Of a stretch of DNA of 64,000 bases, positions 18,084 through 27,021 are shown one piece after another (positions within the stretch are counted from its first letter, which is position 1; each line of letters begins with the position of its first letter). The stretch covers positions 20,585 to 84,584 of the forward strand of contig CAYVDE010000003.1 in the NCBI GenBank assembly GCA_964450535.1. Reading direction: 5' to 3'. Under the pieces are notes generated by a model, which ran no database searches, was not told where the DNA came from, and saw only the letters and a list, made by a program, of their open reading frames with translations. The position numbers and the translations under genes are program-made. This DNA comes from an uncultured Desulfobacterales bacterium (lineage in GTDB: Bacteria > Desulfobacterota > DSM-4660 > Desulfatiglandales > HGW-15).

Positions 18084-18866
18084 TCAGGGTTCGTGGATAC
18101 CGCTTTTATTTTTGATGGCTTCAATGAGGCCCTCCGAGGTGGTTTCGGAAAGGGCGCGATTGAAATTAGACACTATAGTCCTGTATCCCGGAATCTTTTT
18201 GGAAACGGCGAGGTATAGAGGTTTGACCTGAAGGGGGGGCTCCAGAGAAATCAGGCGGTCTGCAACGTGAGGAATGCGTGTTTCGATAATATGCCGTGCC
18301 GTGTGCCTGTCGATGACCACAAGATCTATGCGCCCTTTGAGCAATTTTCTGAGATTACTTTCGTCGCTGTCAGCAACCTCTTTCAGCAGGTATCCCGCCC
18401 TGTCGAACGCGGGTGAGTTCACGTATCCTCGAACCACGCCGATGCGGTAGCCCACAAGATCCTGAAGGGTTGTGTAGTTTATGTCGTCTTCTATGCGTTT
18501 ATAGAAGACCAGGTAGCTGCGAGCAAAGGGATCGGAGAAGGCGTAGACATGAATCCTTTCCTTGGATTGGTAAGCGGGATACATGGCATCCGCTTCACCC
18601 GTTGCCACCCGGCGAAGGACCCGGGCCCAGGGCATGAAAGCGATGTCCACCTGGTATCCTGCCCGCTCAAACACTCTGGTCACAATTTCGGATGTAAAGC
18701 CGTTGTTCGGGAGGTCTTCTCCCACATAGGGCGCCCAGTTGAGAGTGGCTAGTGATAGGTGTTCTTCTCCCCGGACAGGCAATGCCGAGGATACAATCAA
18801 AAGGAATATCATTATGCTGGACAGGCTGTTTCGCATCGAGATCCAAATATGTCGTTTCGGTGACAC
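18084..18866 (-). CDS. periplasmic SBP_bac_3-type substrate-binding protein (probably signalling-associated)
   Basis: Signal peptide (IMIFLLIVSSALPVRG). LATLNWAPYVGE and FMPWARV motifs of family-3 binding proteins. Sits 25 nt upstream of the kinase gene on the same strand. Confidence 0.75.
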   Translation of the reverse strand: MSPKRHIWISMRNSLSSIMIFLLIVSSALPVRGEEHLSLATLNWAPYVGEDLPNNGFTSEIVTRVFERAGYQVDIAFMPWARVLRRVATGEADAMYPAYQSKERIHVYAFSDPFARSYLVFYKRIEDDINYTTLQDLVGYRIGVVRGYVNSPAFDRAGYLLKEVADSDESNLRKLLKGRIDLVVIDRHTARHIIETRIPHVADRLISLEPPLQVKPLYLAVSKKIPGYRTIVSNFNRALSETTSEGLIEAIKNKSGIHEP

Positions 18867-18970
18867 AATTACATTTTACGCCAAATCAATCAGGAAGGAA
18901 AGGGCGGGAGTCGCCGGCAGGACGGGAGTTGCCATGCCGGCCGACGAGGCGGGCGCGGCAGGCGTTCATT

Positions 18971-21658
18971 TCACTGGGTCATGACGGCAATGTTGACGGT
19001 GGATTTTTGACCTTTCAGGGTCGACTTTATTACTATCTGGCTGGTGTCCTTCTGGAGTTGAAGAATGCCCACCGGCCCTTGGACCACGGCCATTCCGGGC
19101 TGCCAACCCTTAGAGCTCATGGCCTGCTTGTAGAAGTTCACCACTTCTTCCGGGGAAGCCGGTATTTCCATGTCCACCCGGCTGCTGCCGCCCATTGTGG
19201 TCTCCTTGAGCACCGTGGCGCCTTTCATCAGAGGGATCTCACCGTTTAGAATCGTAGTGCTGTCTGAAGCCTCGCCGGTCGTCTTCGTAGCCGGAGCTTT
19301 TCCGGTTGGGGGCTCCGGCGCTGGAGCCGGCTCGGGGGTTTGTTTCGTTGCGGGTTCCGGGGCCTCTTTTTCAACGGGAAAAGAGGCGTTGACTGTAGTG
19401 GCCTTACCGGATTGGACCTGTATCTCACGAATCTCCCGGACCGATCGATCTGCTCGATCTTCCACTTTTGCCGAGTAGGTGCCGGGCAGGACATTGTGCT
19501 CGGCCGGTGAGCCGTCTTCCCTGGTCCAGCCGTCGCCCATGTACTTGCCGTCATCCTGCAGGAAGATCTTGACATATGCCTTGTAAGGCGCGCCGTTTTT
19601 GGTGGCTGTGACTTTAAGCACACCGCCCGCAACAAAGGTGGCAAACCTCTCCACGGTCTGATCCGCCTTGACCTCGACGTTTTCGATCCAGACGATCGGC
19701 CGCTGTTTTACGCTCTGGTCCTGGAGCCTGATCTTGTAGATTCCGGGCAGGAGCTCGTACTCGGCTGGTGAGCCGTCCTCCCTTGTCCAGCCGTCGCCCA
19801 TGTACTTGTCGTCTTGCTGGTGAAAGACCTGTACATAGGTCTTGGCCGGGGCGTTGTTTTTGACGGCCTTCACGCGCAGGATGCCGCCCTCTCCGAAGGT
19901 GGCGATGCGCTCCACGGTCTCTCCGGGTTTGACCTCTACGTCGTCTATCCAGATCTCAGGCCGCTGTTTTACGCTCTGGTCCTGGAGCCTGATCTTGTAG
20001 ATTCCGGGCAGGAGCTCGTACTCGGCTGGTGAGCCGTCCTCCCTTGTCCAGCCGTCGCCCATGTACTTGTCGTCTTGCTGGTGAAAGACCTGTACATAGG
20101 TCTTGGCCGGGGCGTTGTTTTTGACGGCCTTCACGCGCAGGATGCCCCCCTCAGCGAAAACAGCCGTTCGTTCTACGGTCTCTCCTGCCTTGACCTCCAC
20201 ACCACGAATCCACACCTCGGGCTGGTGGGCCAGATCTGTGTCCCTGAAACGGAGGTCATAGGCCCCGGGTTCTACGGGCGCGCCGCGTCGACCCGGGTCG
20301 GTCCCGGTTCGTCCACTTTTGATCACCTGGTTCTCGCCGGCCGCCATAACCTCGACCGCCGCGGAAAAAATTTTCTCGCCGCGGAGGGCGGTCAAACGAA
20401 GAAATCCCTGTTCCCGGGTCTTGCGCACCACCTCTCTGGCTGCCGCCATAAACTCCCCGGCATTGGCGGCCGTATAGTATCGGCCGCCTCCAGCCTCAGC
20501 CATGCACTCCAGTTGCTCCTTTTCATTTTCAGTGACATCAAAGCCGATAACATGCATCACGAATTTGATACCGGCCTCCTTGAGTTCTTTCACCAGCCCG
20601 CAGGGATCCGGATCGCATGTCTCCATGCCGTCGGAAACCAGGATGATGGTGGTCTCGTCCTCCAGGTGCTTGATCCGCTCCGCCGTCATGCGGGCTGAAC
20701 GGTAAATCGGAGTCTTGCCGCGTGCGTTGAGGCCCTGGATGATCTTGATCAGTTTTGACTTGTCGATTTTTGACAAAGGGACCAGTTCTTCCACATCATC
20801 ACAGTCCCCTTTGCGGCGGTGACCGTAGGCCACCAGCCCCACCACGGAATCGTCCGGGAGATCCTGGATCAGGCCTGTCATGACTTCCTTGGCAATTACG
20901 ATCTTGGCCTTGCCCTCGATTTGGCCCCACATGGAGCCCGAGGCGTCCAGGATGAAGATGAGGTTTCCGGAAGAAACGGCCTGCGAAGCAGGTTTTGGGA
21001 CGTCGCGATCGGATGAAGACGAGGTTGCGGGAGCAGATGGCGGTGGCTCGGAGGGTTTGGGTTCAGGGCCTCCGTCCATATCCATTTTGGTATACCCGGC
21101 GGGGATCTCAAAGAGGGCCGGGTCCACAGGCCCCTCCTGAATATTCCGGAGTTCAAGGACCGGGTTTTCGTTCATGCCGAAACGTTCTTCCCGAATGATG
21201 TGGTTGAGTTTTTTCGAGATCCATACCTTGACGGCGATATCTGATTTCCCGGGCTCCGAATAGAGAAATGTGTCGCATTCATAGCCGTTCACTGTCTCGA
21301 CAGGTCCCGGTTTTTCGGTCATGCCTTTCCTGGTGGCGGCCCACCCGGCAAGGGGATTCATAAGGATGGTTTTTTCAAGGTCCTCCATCTCTACATACTG
21401 TTTCATCTGAGGATTCAGCCCCCAGGTTATGCCGGTGTCCCGATTCACAATGGAGGGAAAGGGCGGGATGTGCATGGGCCCTTGGGTCTTTTGAAGACGA
21501 TACAGAGGATCCTTGACATGGAGCTCAAACGAGTACGGATCACCCGGCCCTGTGATGACGACGTCGGCCGTGAACTCCGCCGCCGCACCCGGGGTAGATA
21601 AAAAACCCATTACCCATGCCGTTACAACCGCCGCCATAAGTAACCTTGCCCTTCGCAT
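18971..21658 (-). CDS. large secreted von Willebrand factor A (VWA) domain protein with repeated beta-sandwich-like modules
   Basis: 895 aa. Signal peptide MRRARLLMAAVVTAWVMGFLSTPGAAA. MIDAS DASGSM...SDG VWA domain. At least three 87-aa repeats (GDGWTREDGSPAE core). P/S/T-rich linkers. Confidence 0.85.
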   Translation of the reverse strand: MRRARLLMAAVVTAWVMGFLSTPGAAAEFTADVVITGPGDPYSFELHVKDPLYRLQKTQGPMHIPPFPSIVNRDTGITWGLNPQMKQYVEMEDLEKTILMNPLAGWAATRKGMTEKPGPVETVNGYECDTFLYSEPGKSDIAVKVWISKKLNHIIREERFGMNENPVLELRNIQEGPVDPALFEIPAGYTKMDMDGGPEPKPSEPPPSAPATSSSSDRDVPKPASQAVSSGNLIFILDASGSMWGQIEGKAKIVIAKEVMTGLIQDLPDDSVVGLVAYGHRRKGDCDDVEELVPLSKIDKSKLIKIIQGLNARGKTPIYRSARMTAERIKHLEDETTIILVSDGMETCDPDPCGLVKELKEAGIKFVMHVIGFDVTENEKEQLECMAEAGGGRYYTAANAGEFMAAAREVVRKTREQGFLRLTALRGEKIFSAAVEVMAAGENQVIKSGRTGTDPGRRGAPVEPGAYDLRFRDTDLAHQPEVWIRGVEVKAGETVERTAVFAEGGILRVKAVKNNAPAKTYVQVFHQQDDKYMGDGWTREDGSPAEYELLPGIYKIRLQDQSVKQRPEIWIDDVEVKPGETVERIATFGEGGILRVKAVKNNAPAKTYVQVFHQQDDKYMGDGWTREDGSPAEYELLPGIYKIRLQDQSVKQRPIVWIENVEVKADQTVERFATFVAGGVLKVTATKNGAPYKAYVKIFLQDDGKYMGDGWTREDGSPAEHNVLPGTYSAKVEDRADRSVREIREIQVQSGKATTVNASFPVEKEAPEPATKQTPEPAPAPEPPTGKAPATKTTGEASDSTTILNGEIPLMKGATVLKETTMGGSSRVDMEIPASPEEVVNFYKQAMSSKGWQPGMAVVQGPVGILQLQKDTSQIVIKSTLKGQKSTVNIAVMTQ
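19698..20146. repeat. intragenic tandem repeat, period 261 bp, with a 188-bp identical block
   Basis: 19698-19885 is base-for-base identical to 19959-20146. A diverged third unit lies at about 19437-19697. Confidence 0.9.
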
Positions 21659-21727
21659 CCTGTCCTCCTGTTCACATGCTTGGCATGCATGAGGTGAGTT
21701 CCTCAGAGTCCGCCCGTCAAAAAAAAC

Positions 21728-23731
21728 TCATTCCAAACCCTTGACGAGTTCAGTGATTGTCCCCTTGGCGTCACCGAAAAGGAGGATCGTCCCATCATCT
21801 TTGTATAATGGATTCTCCACACCGGAGTAGCCGGGTTTCTCGTCCAGGTTGCAGACAACGACTTTTCCTGCCTCATGGGCCATCAGGATGGGCATCCCTG
21901 AAATGGGCGTGTCTTCGACGGAGATGGCCGTGGGGTTGACCACGTCGCACGCCCCGACGATCAGGGCCAGGTCTGTGTCCTTGAACTCCGGATTGATCTC
22001 GTCCATCTCGAACAGCTTGTCGTAATCGACGTCAGCCTCTGCAAGCAGCACATTCATGTGCCCCGGCATTCTCCCTGCTACGGGATGAATGGCGAACTTG
22101 ACCTGCTTTCCCATGTCCTCGAGCTTGTTCGCAAGCTCGCAGACCGCGAACTGGGCCTGGGCCAGTGCCATGCCGTAGCCGGGAATAATGATTATTTTGC
22201 CGGCAGCTTTCATGGCAGAGACAACCTGTGACACGCTGTCCGTTTTTTCGCCTTCGGGTGACGGTCCATCATCGGCCGCATCATCTTGGGGCGAATCAGT
22301 GGCAACCGTTCTCTTGATGAGTTCGGTGACTGTCCCCTTGGCGTCACCGAAAAGGAGGATCGTCCCGTCCTCATCATATAGAGGGTTCTCCACACCGGAA
22401 TAGCCGGGCTTCTCATCCAGGTTGCAGACAATGACCTTTCCTGCCTCATGGGCCATCAGGATGGGCATCCCTGAGATGGGCGTGTCTTCGACGGAGATGG
22501 CCGCGGGGTTGACCACGTCGCACGCCCCCACGATCAGGGCCAGATCTGTGTCCTTGAACTCCGGATTGATCTCGTCCATCTCGAACAGCTTGTCGTAATC
22601 GACGTCAGCCTCTGCAAGCAGCACATTCATGTGCCCCGGCATTCTCCCTGCTACGGGATGAATGGCGAACTTGACCTGCTTTCCCATGTCCTCGAGCTTG
22701 TTCGCAAGCTCGCAGACCGCGAACTGGGCCTGGGCCAGTGCCATGCCGTAGCCGGGAATAATGATTATTCTGCCGGCGGCTTTTATAGCCGAAACAGCCT
22801 GTGAGAAGTCGTCCGGTTTTTCGGTTCCCAGTGACGTCTCCTCATCGGCCGCCTCACCTTGAGGTTGCTCCGGGGGATCCGTTTGCAGGGCCTCGCCGCC
22901 CGCCGGTCTCGCTGAGATCTTCTGCTGGATGCCGACAAAGACCTTGAAAAGATTCCTGTTCATGGCCCTGCACATCACGTGGGTCAGGATGGAACCGGAG
23001 GCCGCCACGGTGGCGCCGCAGGCAATGAGCAGGCGGTTTTGAATGATGATGCCGCAGAACGCCGCGGCCAGGCCTGCTGTAGCGTTCAGAAAGGATATAA
23101 GCACAGGCATGTCGGCTCCTCCTATGCGTATGGAGAACAATACGCCCAAGAGAGCCGATAAAAAAATTACGATAACCAGATAAATTGAATTAAAAGACCC
23201 AAAAGAGGTCCAGGCAAAAACGCAGATTGCTCCTATTATCAGTAGGTTAAGGGAAAGGAGCCAGCCGTGGGCCGGGAGTCTCGTGGGCGTCTGTCTCAGC
23301 TTGCCCGCCAACTTTCCGCTGGCCACCATGCTGCCGCTGAAGGTGGCCGAGCCTATTACAAGGCCGAGGAGGCCTGAGACCCTGTTTACGGCCGCAAGTG
23401 CGGCCCCGGTTCCTGTCAGTTCGACAAAGGCCACGAGAAAGGCCGCGATTCCTCCCGCGCCGTGCTGAAAGGCCACCATGGCGGGTATCTGTGTCATGTT
23501 GACCCTCACCGCCACGACCCAGCCGAAGGCCGATCCGATCAGCAGTGCTGCAAGCACAACCATTGGGGAGAGGATGTCGTGCCTCAAGAGGACCAGCAGG
23601 AAAGCGCAAAGAATGGCGAAAGCGGCAGTCAGGTTCCCGATCCTGGCTCCACGCGGCGCCCTGAATTGCCGAATCCCTATAATCAAAATGAGAATAATGG
23701 CCGCGTCAAACAAAAGGTGCATCAAATTCAT
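21728..23731 (-). CDS. pntB: NAD(P) transhydrogenase subunit beta with tandem duplicated C-terminal NADP(H)-binding domain (dIII-dIII)
   Basis: 667 aa. N-terminal polytopic dII domain, then two copies of IIIIPGYGMALAQAQ...HPVAGRMPGHMNVLLAEA...GACDVVNP...LFGDAKG. The start overlaps the pntAB stop (ATGA). Confidence 0.9.
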   Translation of the reverse strand: MNLMHLLFDAAIILILIIGIRQFRAPRGARIGNLTAAFAILCAFLLVLLRHDILSPMVVLAALLIGSAFGWVVAVRVNMTQIPAMVAFQHGAGGIAAFLVAFVELTGTGAALAAVNRVSGLLGLVIGSATFSGSMVASGKLAGKLRQTPTRLPAHGWLLSLNLLIIGAICVFAWTSFGSFNSIYLVIVIFLSALLGVLFSIRIGGADMPVLISFLNATAGLAAAFCGIIIQNRLLIACGATVAASGSILTHVMCRAMNRNLFKVFVGIQQKISARPAGGEALQTDPPEQPQGEAADEETSLGTEKPDDFSQAVSAIKAAGRIIIIPGYGMALAQAQFAVCELANKLEDMGKQVKFAIHPVAGRMPGHMNVLLAEADVDYDKLFEMDEINPEFKDTDLALIVGACDVVNPAAISVEDTPISGMPILMAHEAGKVIVCNLDEKPGYSGVENPLYDEDGTILLFGDAKGTVTELIKRTVATDSPQDDAADDGPSPEGEKTDSVSQVVSAMKAAGKIIIIPGYGMALAQAQFAVCELANKLEDMGKQVKFAIHPVAGRMPGHMNVLLAEADVDYDKLFEMDEINPEFKDTDLALIVGACDVVNPTAISVEDTPISGMPILMAHEAGKVVVCNLDEKPGYSGVENPLYKDDGTILLFGDAKGTITELVKGLE
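21731..22818. repeat. intragenic tandem duplication, period 573 bp (191 codons)
   Basis: 21972-22196 is identical to 22545-22769 (225 bp). Flanks differ by scattered substitutions. Confidence 0.9.
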
Positions 23732-24030
23732 CGTCCTGTCGCTCCCGCCTTGTTTTTCTTCTTGAACATTTTTAGCATGCGGTCGGTGATCACAAAGCCG
23801 CCCAGCACGTTGAATACGGCCGTAGTTATCGCCACAGCCCCCAGCAGTTTTTCAAGGGCGGTGGTCTCAACGGCGAACAGCAGCAGGGCTCCAAGGATCG
23901 TAATGGCTGAAATCGCATTCGTCATGGACATCAACGGGGTGTGGAGCAACGGCGGCACCCTTGATATAAGAAAATAGCCTATAACAAAGGCACCCACAAA
24001 AACGGCCAGCATCAGGAGCAACTCAGACAT
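23728..24030 (-). CDS. pntA: NAD(P) transhydrogenase subunit alpha part 2 (membrane)
   Basis: 100 aa with three predicted TM helices. LHTPLMSMTNAISAITILGAL and FVITDRMLKMF motifs. Confidence 0.9.
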   Translation of the reverse strand: MSELLLMLAVFVGAFVIGYFLISRVPPLLHTPLMSMTNAISAITILGALLLFAVETTALEKLLGAVAITTAVFNVLGGFVITDRMLKMFKKKNKAGATGR

Positions 24031-24063
24031 CAGATATCACCTTTCTTACCTGAATCGTTTCTA

Positions 24064-25221
24064 CTAGGCGCCCATGGCCTTCAAAGCGCCGGCGTGTAAG
24101 ATTTTCCCTTTGTGAGTGACAAGAGAATGGTTGACTATTTCGTCATCCATGTCGAATGTGTCGAGGCCTTTCTTGTACAGGTTCTCTACGTAGTAGTACA
24201 TGTTGTTGGCATAAAGCCATGTGGAATGCACCGGCAAAGAGCCCGGGATGTTCTTGATGCCTGAGATGAGAACGCCATGCCGGTATTCCTCGCGCCCCGG
24301 GCTGGTGAGGGCGCAATTGCCTCCCTGATCCACAGAGACGTCAATGATGACCGAACCCGGCTTCATCCCCTGGACCATGTCTTCGGTTATGAGAGTCGGC
24401 GCCACTTCACCCGGCACAAGGGCGCTCAGCACCACAACATCGGCCTCATAGACCAGGGGTTTCAGGGCGGCTCGTTCCTCCTCGAGGGTGCCTTCAGGCA
24501 AGGATTTAGCATAGCCCCCTTCACCCAGCGCCAGGTCTTCAAGTACTTCATAGCCTGCAATCTTGGCTCCGAGGCTCGCTGCTTCATTTCTGGCGGCATC
24601 CCTGATGTCAACTGCTTTTATGACTCCCCCGAGCCTCTTGGCGGTGGCTGTTGCCTGTAGACCGACAACGCCCGCGCCGATGACCAGAAAATTCGCGGGC
24701 TTTATCATGCCTATGGAGGTGCCGATCATGGGAATGAACTTGGGCAGATGGTTTGCCGCTATCAATACGGCCTTGTAGCCGGTGACCGTACTCATGGAAG
24801 TGAGGGCGTCCATGCGCTGGGCCCTCGAGATCCGTGGGATGCCGTCCATGGTGAAGGATGTGACGTTCTTGTCTCTCAGTTTTCTCACCATGTCGTGGTT
24901 GCCCGGTGAGGCGGGATGAAGGAAGGTTATAAGCGTGCTGTTTTCCCTAATATATTCAAGTTCGTGCCTGTTCGCGGCCTCATTCAGCGTAGGCTCCTTC
25001 ACCTTGAGGACAATGTCCGCCCCGGTAAATACGGATTCCCCGTCAGGTGCTATTCTCGCTCCGGCCTTTTCATACTCCTCATTGGACCGGAAAACTCCTT
25101 CTCCAGCAGCATCTTCAACGAGCACATCAAACCCCATTTTAATAAATTTCTCGACCGTCTCAGGGACAGCGGCAACCCTTTTTTCATTAATCATGACTTC
25201 CTTTGGTATTCCTATCAGCAT
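24064..25221 (-). CDS. pntA: NAD(P) transhydrogenase subunit alpha part 1 (dI, alanine dehydrogenase-like)
   Basis: 385 aa. MLIGIPKE..NEKRVA start, Rossmann VIGAGVVGLQA. Confidence 0.9.
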   Translation of the reverse strand: MLIGIPKEVMINEKRVAAVPETVEKFIKMGFDVLVEDAAGEGVFRSNEEYEKAGARIAPDGESVFTGADIVLKVKEPTLNEAANRHELEYIRENSTLITFLHPASPGNHDMVRKLRDKNVTSFTMDGIPRISRAQRMDALTSMSTVTGYKAVLIAANHLPKFIPMIGTSIGMIKPANFLVIGAGVVGLQATATAKRLGGVIKAVDIRDAARNEAASLGAKIAGYEVLEDLALGEGGYAKSLPEGTLEEERAALKPLVYEADVVVLSALVPGEVAPTLITEDMVQGMKPGSVIIDVSVDQGGNCALTSPGREEYRHGVLISGIKNIPGSLPVHSTWLYANNMYYYVENLYKKGLDTFDMDDEIVNHSLVTHKGKILHAGALKAMGA

Positions 25222-25356
25222 TTCAGCCCCCTTATGTTATGAGGTTAGTTCTTCTATTCCTGAGAGATTAATACGTTATTCGGCAATCGGCGTCAATGTG
25301 GAGGATTGATTTTTCAGTCGCCCCATGGAACAAACAGGTTGATTCTCCCGGTAAAT

Positions 25357-25803
25357 TTAGTCGTAACTTACTCGAGTGGCTTCATCAGCCATGGCAGGTG
25401 CGATCAGGGGCTTCCACTCGTCGGGCTCCCATGTGTTCAGGTGGGTGTGCATATCCAAATATTTTTTGGGAATCGGATGCGTGCCCACAACCACACTGAC
25501 GCCGAAGCGCTTTTCCAGAAAGGCCTTGAATGTCTTGATATGGGGGCAGGGTGGATACCCGACCACCAGACCGGTGGCCAGGTGGATGGCTTCAGCTCCG
25601 TTCTTCACCATCTCTTCCCCGGCATACTCTATGTTGCCTCCAGGACATCCGTCGCAGCTCGTATAGCCGACCAGTTCCACCTCCACGTCCGCGTAGATGC
25701 TGAAGGCCCCTTCCCTGTTCCTCATGGCCCGAAGGCACTTCCCGCCTGCACAGCGGCGATAGCGATCACAGATGATTATTCCGATTTTTCTGGTTGTTTC
25801 CAT
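25357..25803 (-). CDS. CGGC domain-containing protein
   Basis: CDRYRRCAGGKC and YTSCDGCPGG motifs. Start ATG 25803 preferred; ATG 25818 forms an ATGA overlap with the upstream gene and is the alternative. Confidence 0.75.
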   Translation of the reverse strand: METTRKIGIIICDRYRRCAGGKCLRAMRNREGAFSIYADVEVELVGYTSCDGCPGGNIEYAGEEMVKNGAEAIHLATGLVVGYPPCPHIKTFKAFLEKRFGVSVVVGTHPIPKKYLDMHTHLNTWEPDEWKPLIAPAMADEATRVSYD

Positions 25804-25814
25804 TGGGTCCCCTT

Positions 25815-26234
25815 TCATTCTCCTTTGGTGGCGCTTTGCCAGGCCTCGTCCAAGCGGGCCTCGATGTACGCGATCAACTCATCGTCCCATTCCTCGAGGT
25901 CAAAACACATGGCATCCTCACCGAGCAGACCCTCGGGGACAAAGTCGGCCTTTTCATCGTCGTCCTGAATCATTTCACCGTAGAAGCAGATGGAGAGCCA
26001 GCGCGGCTGGTCTTCGATAACATCCACCATCACAAACAGGTCCTTATCTTTCTGATTCTCATGGACTGCACGAAGAGAATGGGTCAGACCCGGCCTTGGC
26101 ACGAAATCCAGCATTACCCCGTCTTTGTTTTCCAGGTATGCCTTGAATCGCAGAAAGGCCTCCCTGTTCCTCTCCGGTGTGTCCTTCCATTCATTCAGAA
26201 ATGCTTCCAGTTCCTGCTTAGAGTCGGTTTTCAT
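25815..26234 (-). CDS. hypothetical acidic protein (139 aa)
   Basis: Start reset to ATG 26234, with AAGGAG 8 nt upstream. No motif recognised. Confidence 0.55.
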   Translation of the reverse strand: MKTDSKQELEAFLNEWKDTPERNREAFLRFKAYLENKDGVMLDFVPRPGLTHSLRAVHENQKDKDLFVMVDVIEDQPRWLSICFYGEMIQDDDEKADFVPEGLLGEDAMCFDLEEWDDELIAYIEARLDEAWQSATKGE

Positions 26235-26503
26235 AGCATACTCCTTGGCGTGAGAAGTCGAAGTGGAAAAATCAGAATGGGCGATTATTTCACGCCCTCG
26301 CACAAATATTCGGCGGCTTCTTAAAAAGCGCTCAGCCGCCGCTGGGAATGCCATAAACAATTGTAATTGAATAAAGGGATTATGAAAGACCTGGTTGGCA
26401 TGGTGTATGCGCAATATAGATCCAATTTCGGCAAAGAACAACGGAGTCAGAAACCATTTGTTTCCGTGAAGGACTGAGTGCATTGACAGCAGCCGCCCGG
26501 CGT

Positions 26504-26728
26504 CTATTCTGTTGAATAGTTAGAACGGTCTTCAACGTAACTCTCGAAGTCCTTTTGCAACAGGAACTTGGATATCATCTCACTCACCTTGTCGGCCGTA
26601 TCCACCCTGTAGACACCTTTTTCATCCGCTCCTGCCATTTCCTTGGCGTGATGTACAATCGCCTGAAGGGCCTTGGGGGTCACTTCCACGTTGGCTCTCA
26701 CTGTTACGGTCTGAACCGAATCACTCAT
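26504..26728 (-). CDS. hypothetical small protein (74 aa)
   Basis: MSDSVQTVTVRANVEVTPKALQAIVHHAKEMAG... Start reset to ATG 26728. Weak RBS. Confidence 0.4.
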   Translation of the reverse strand: MSDSVQTVTVRANVEVTPKALQAIVHHAKEMAGADEKGVYRVDTADKVSEMISKFLLQKDFESYVEDRSNYSTE

Positions 26729-27021
26729 AATCACGGTCCTTTCGATCCGGAATCTTGAAATGTATCTGCCTGCGAACCCGGGACTTTTCCACCCTTTAGG
26801 AAGGAAGACGTCGCAACAGCGGAATGTCGGGCGAATACATCCCGGGCGAGAAAACCCTCGTGCGAAAATGATATATACCACAAGGCCTTTTGTGTCAAAT
26901 CAGCCCTTAACGCTTTCGCAAAAACACTTTTTGCTGCATTGTGCCTTATTTCAGGCCACGGCATTGTATTTCTATGTGCGTATAATTTCCATTGATTCGC
27001 ACACTCTCATCCAGAGCTCAT

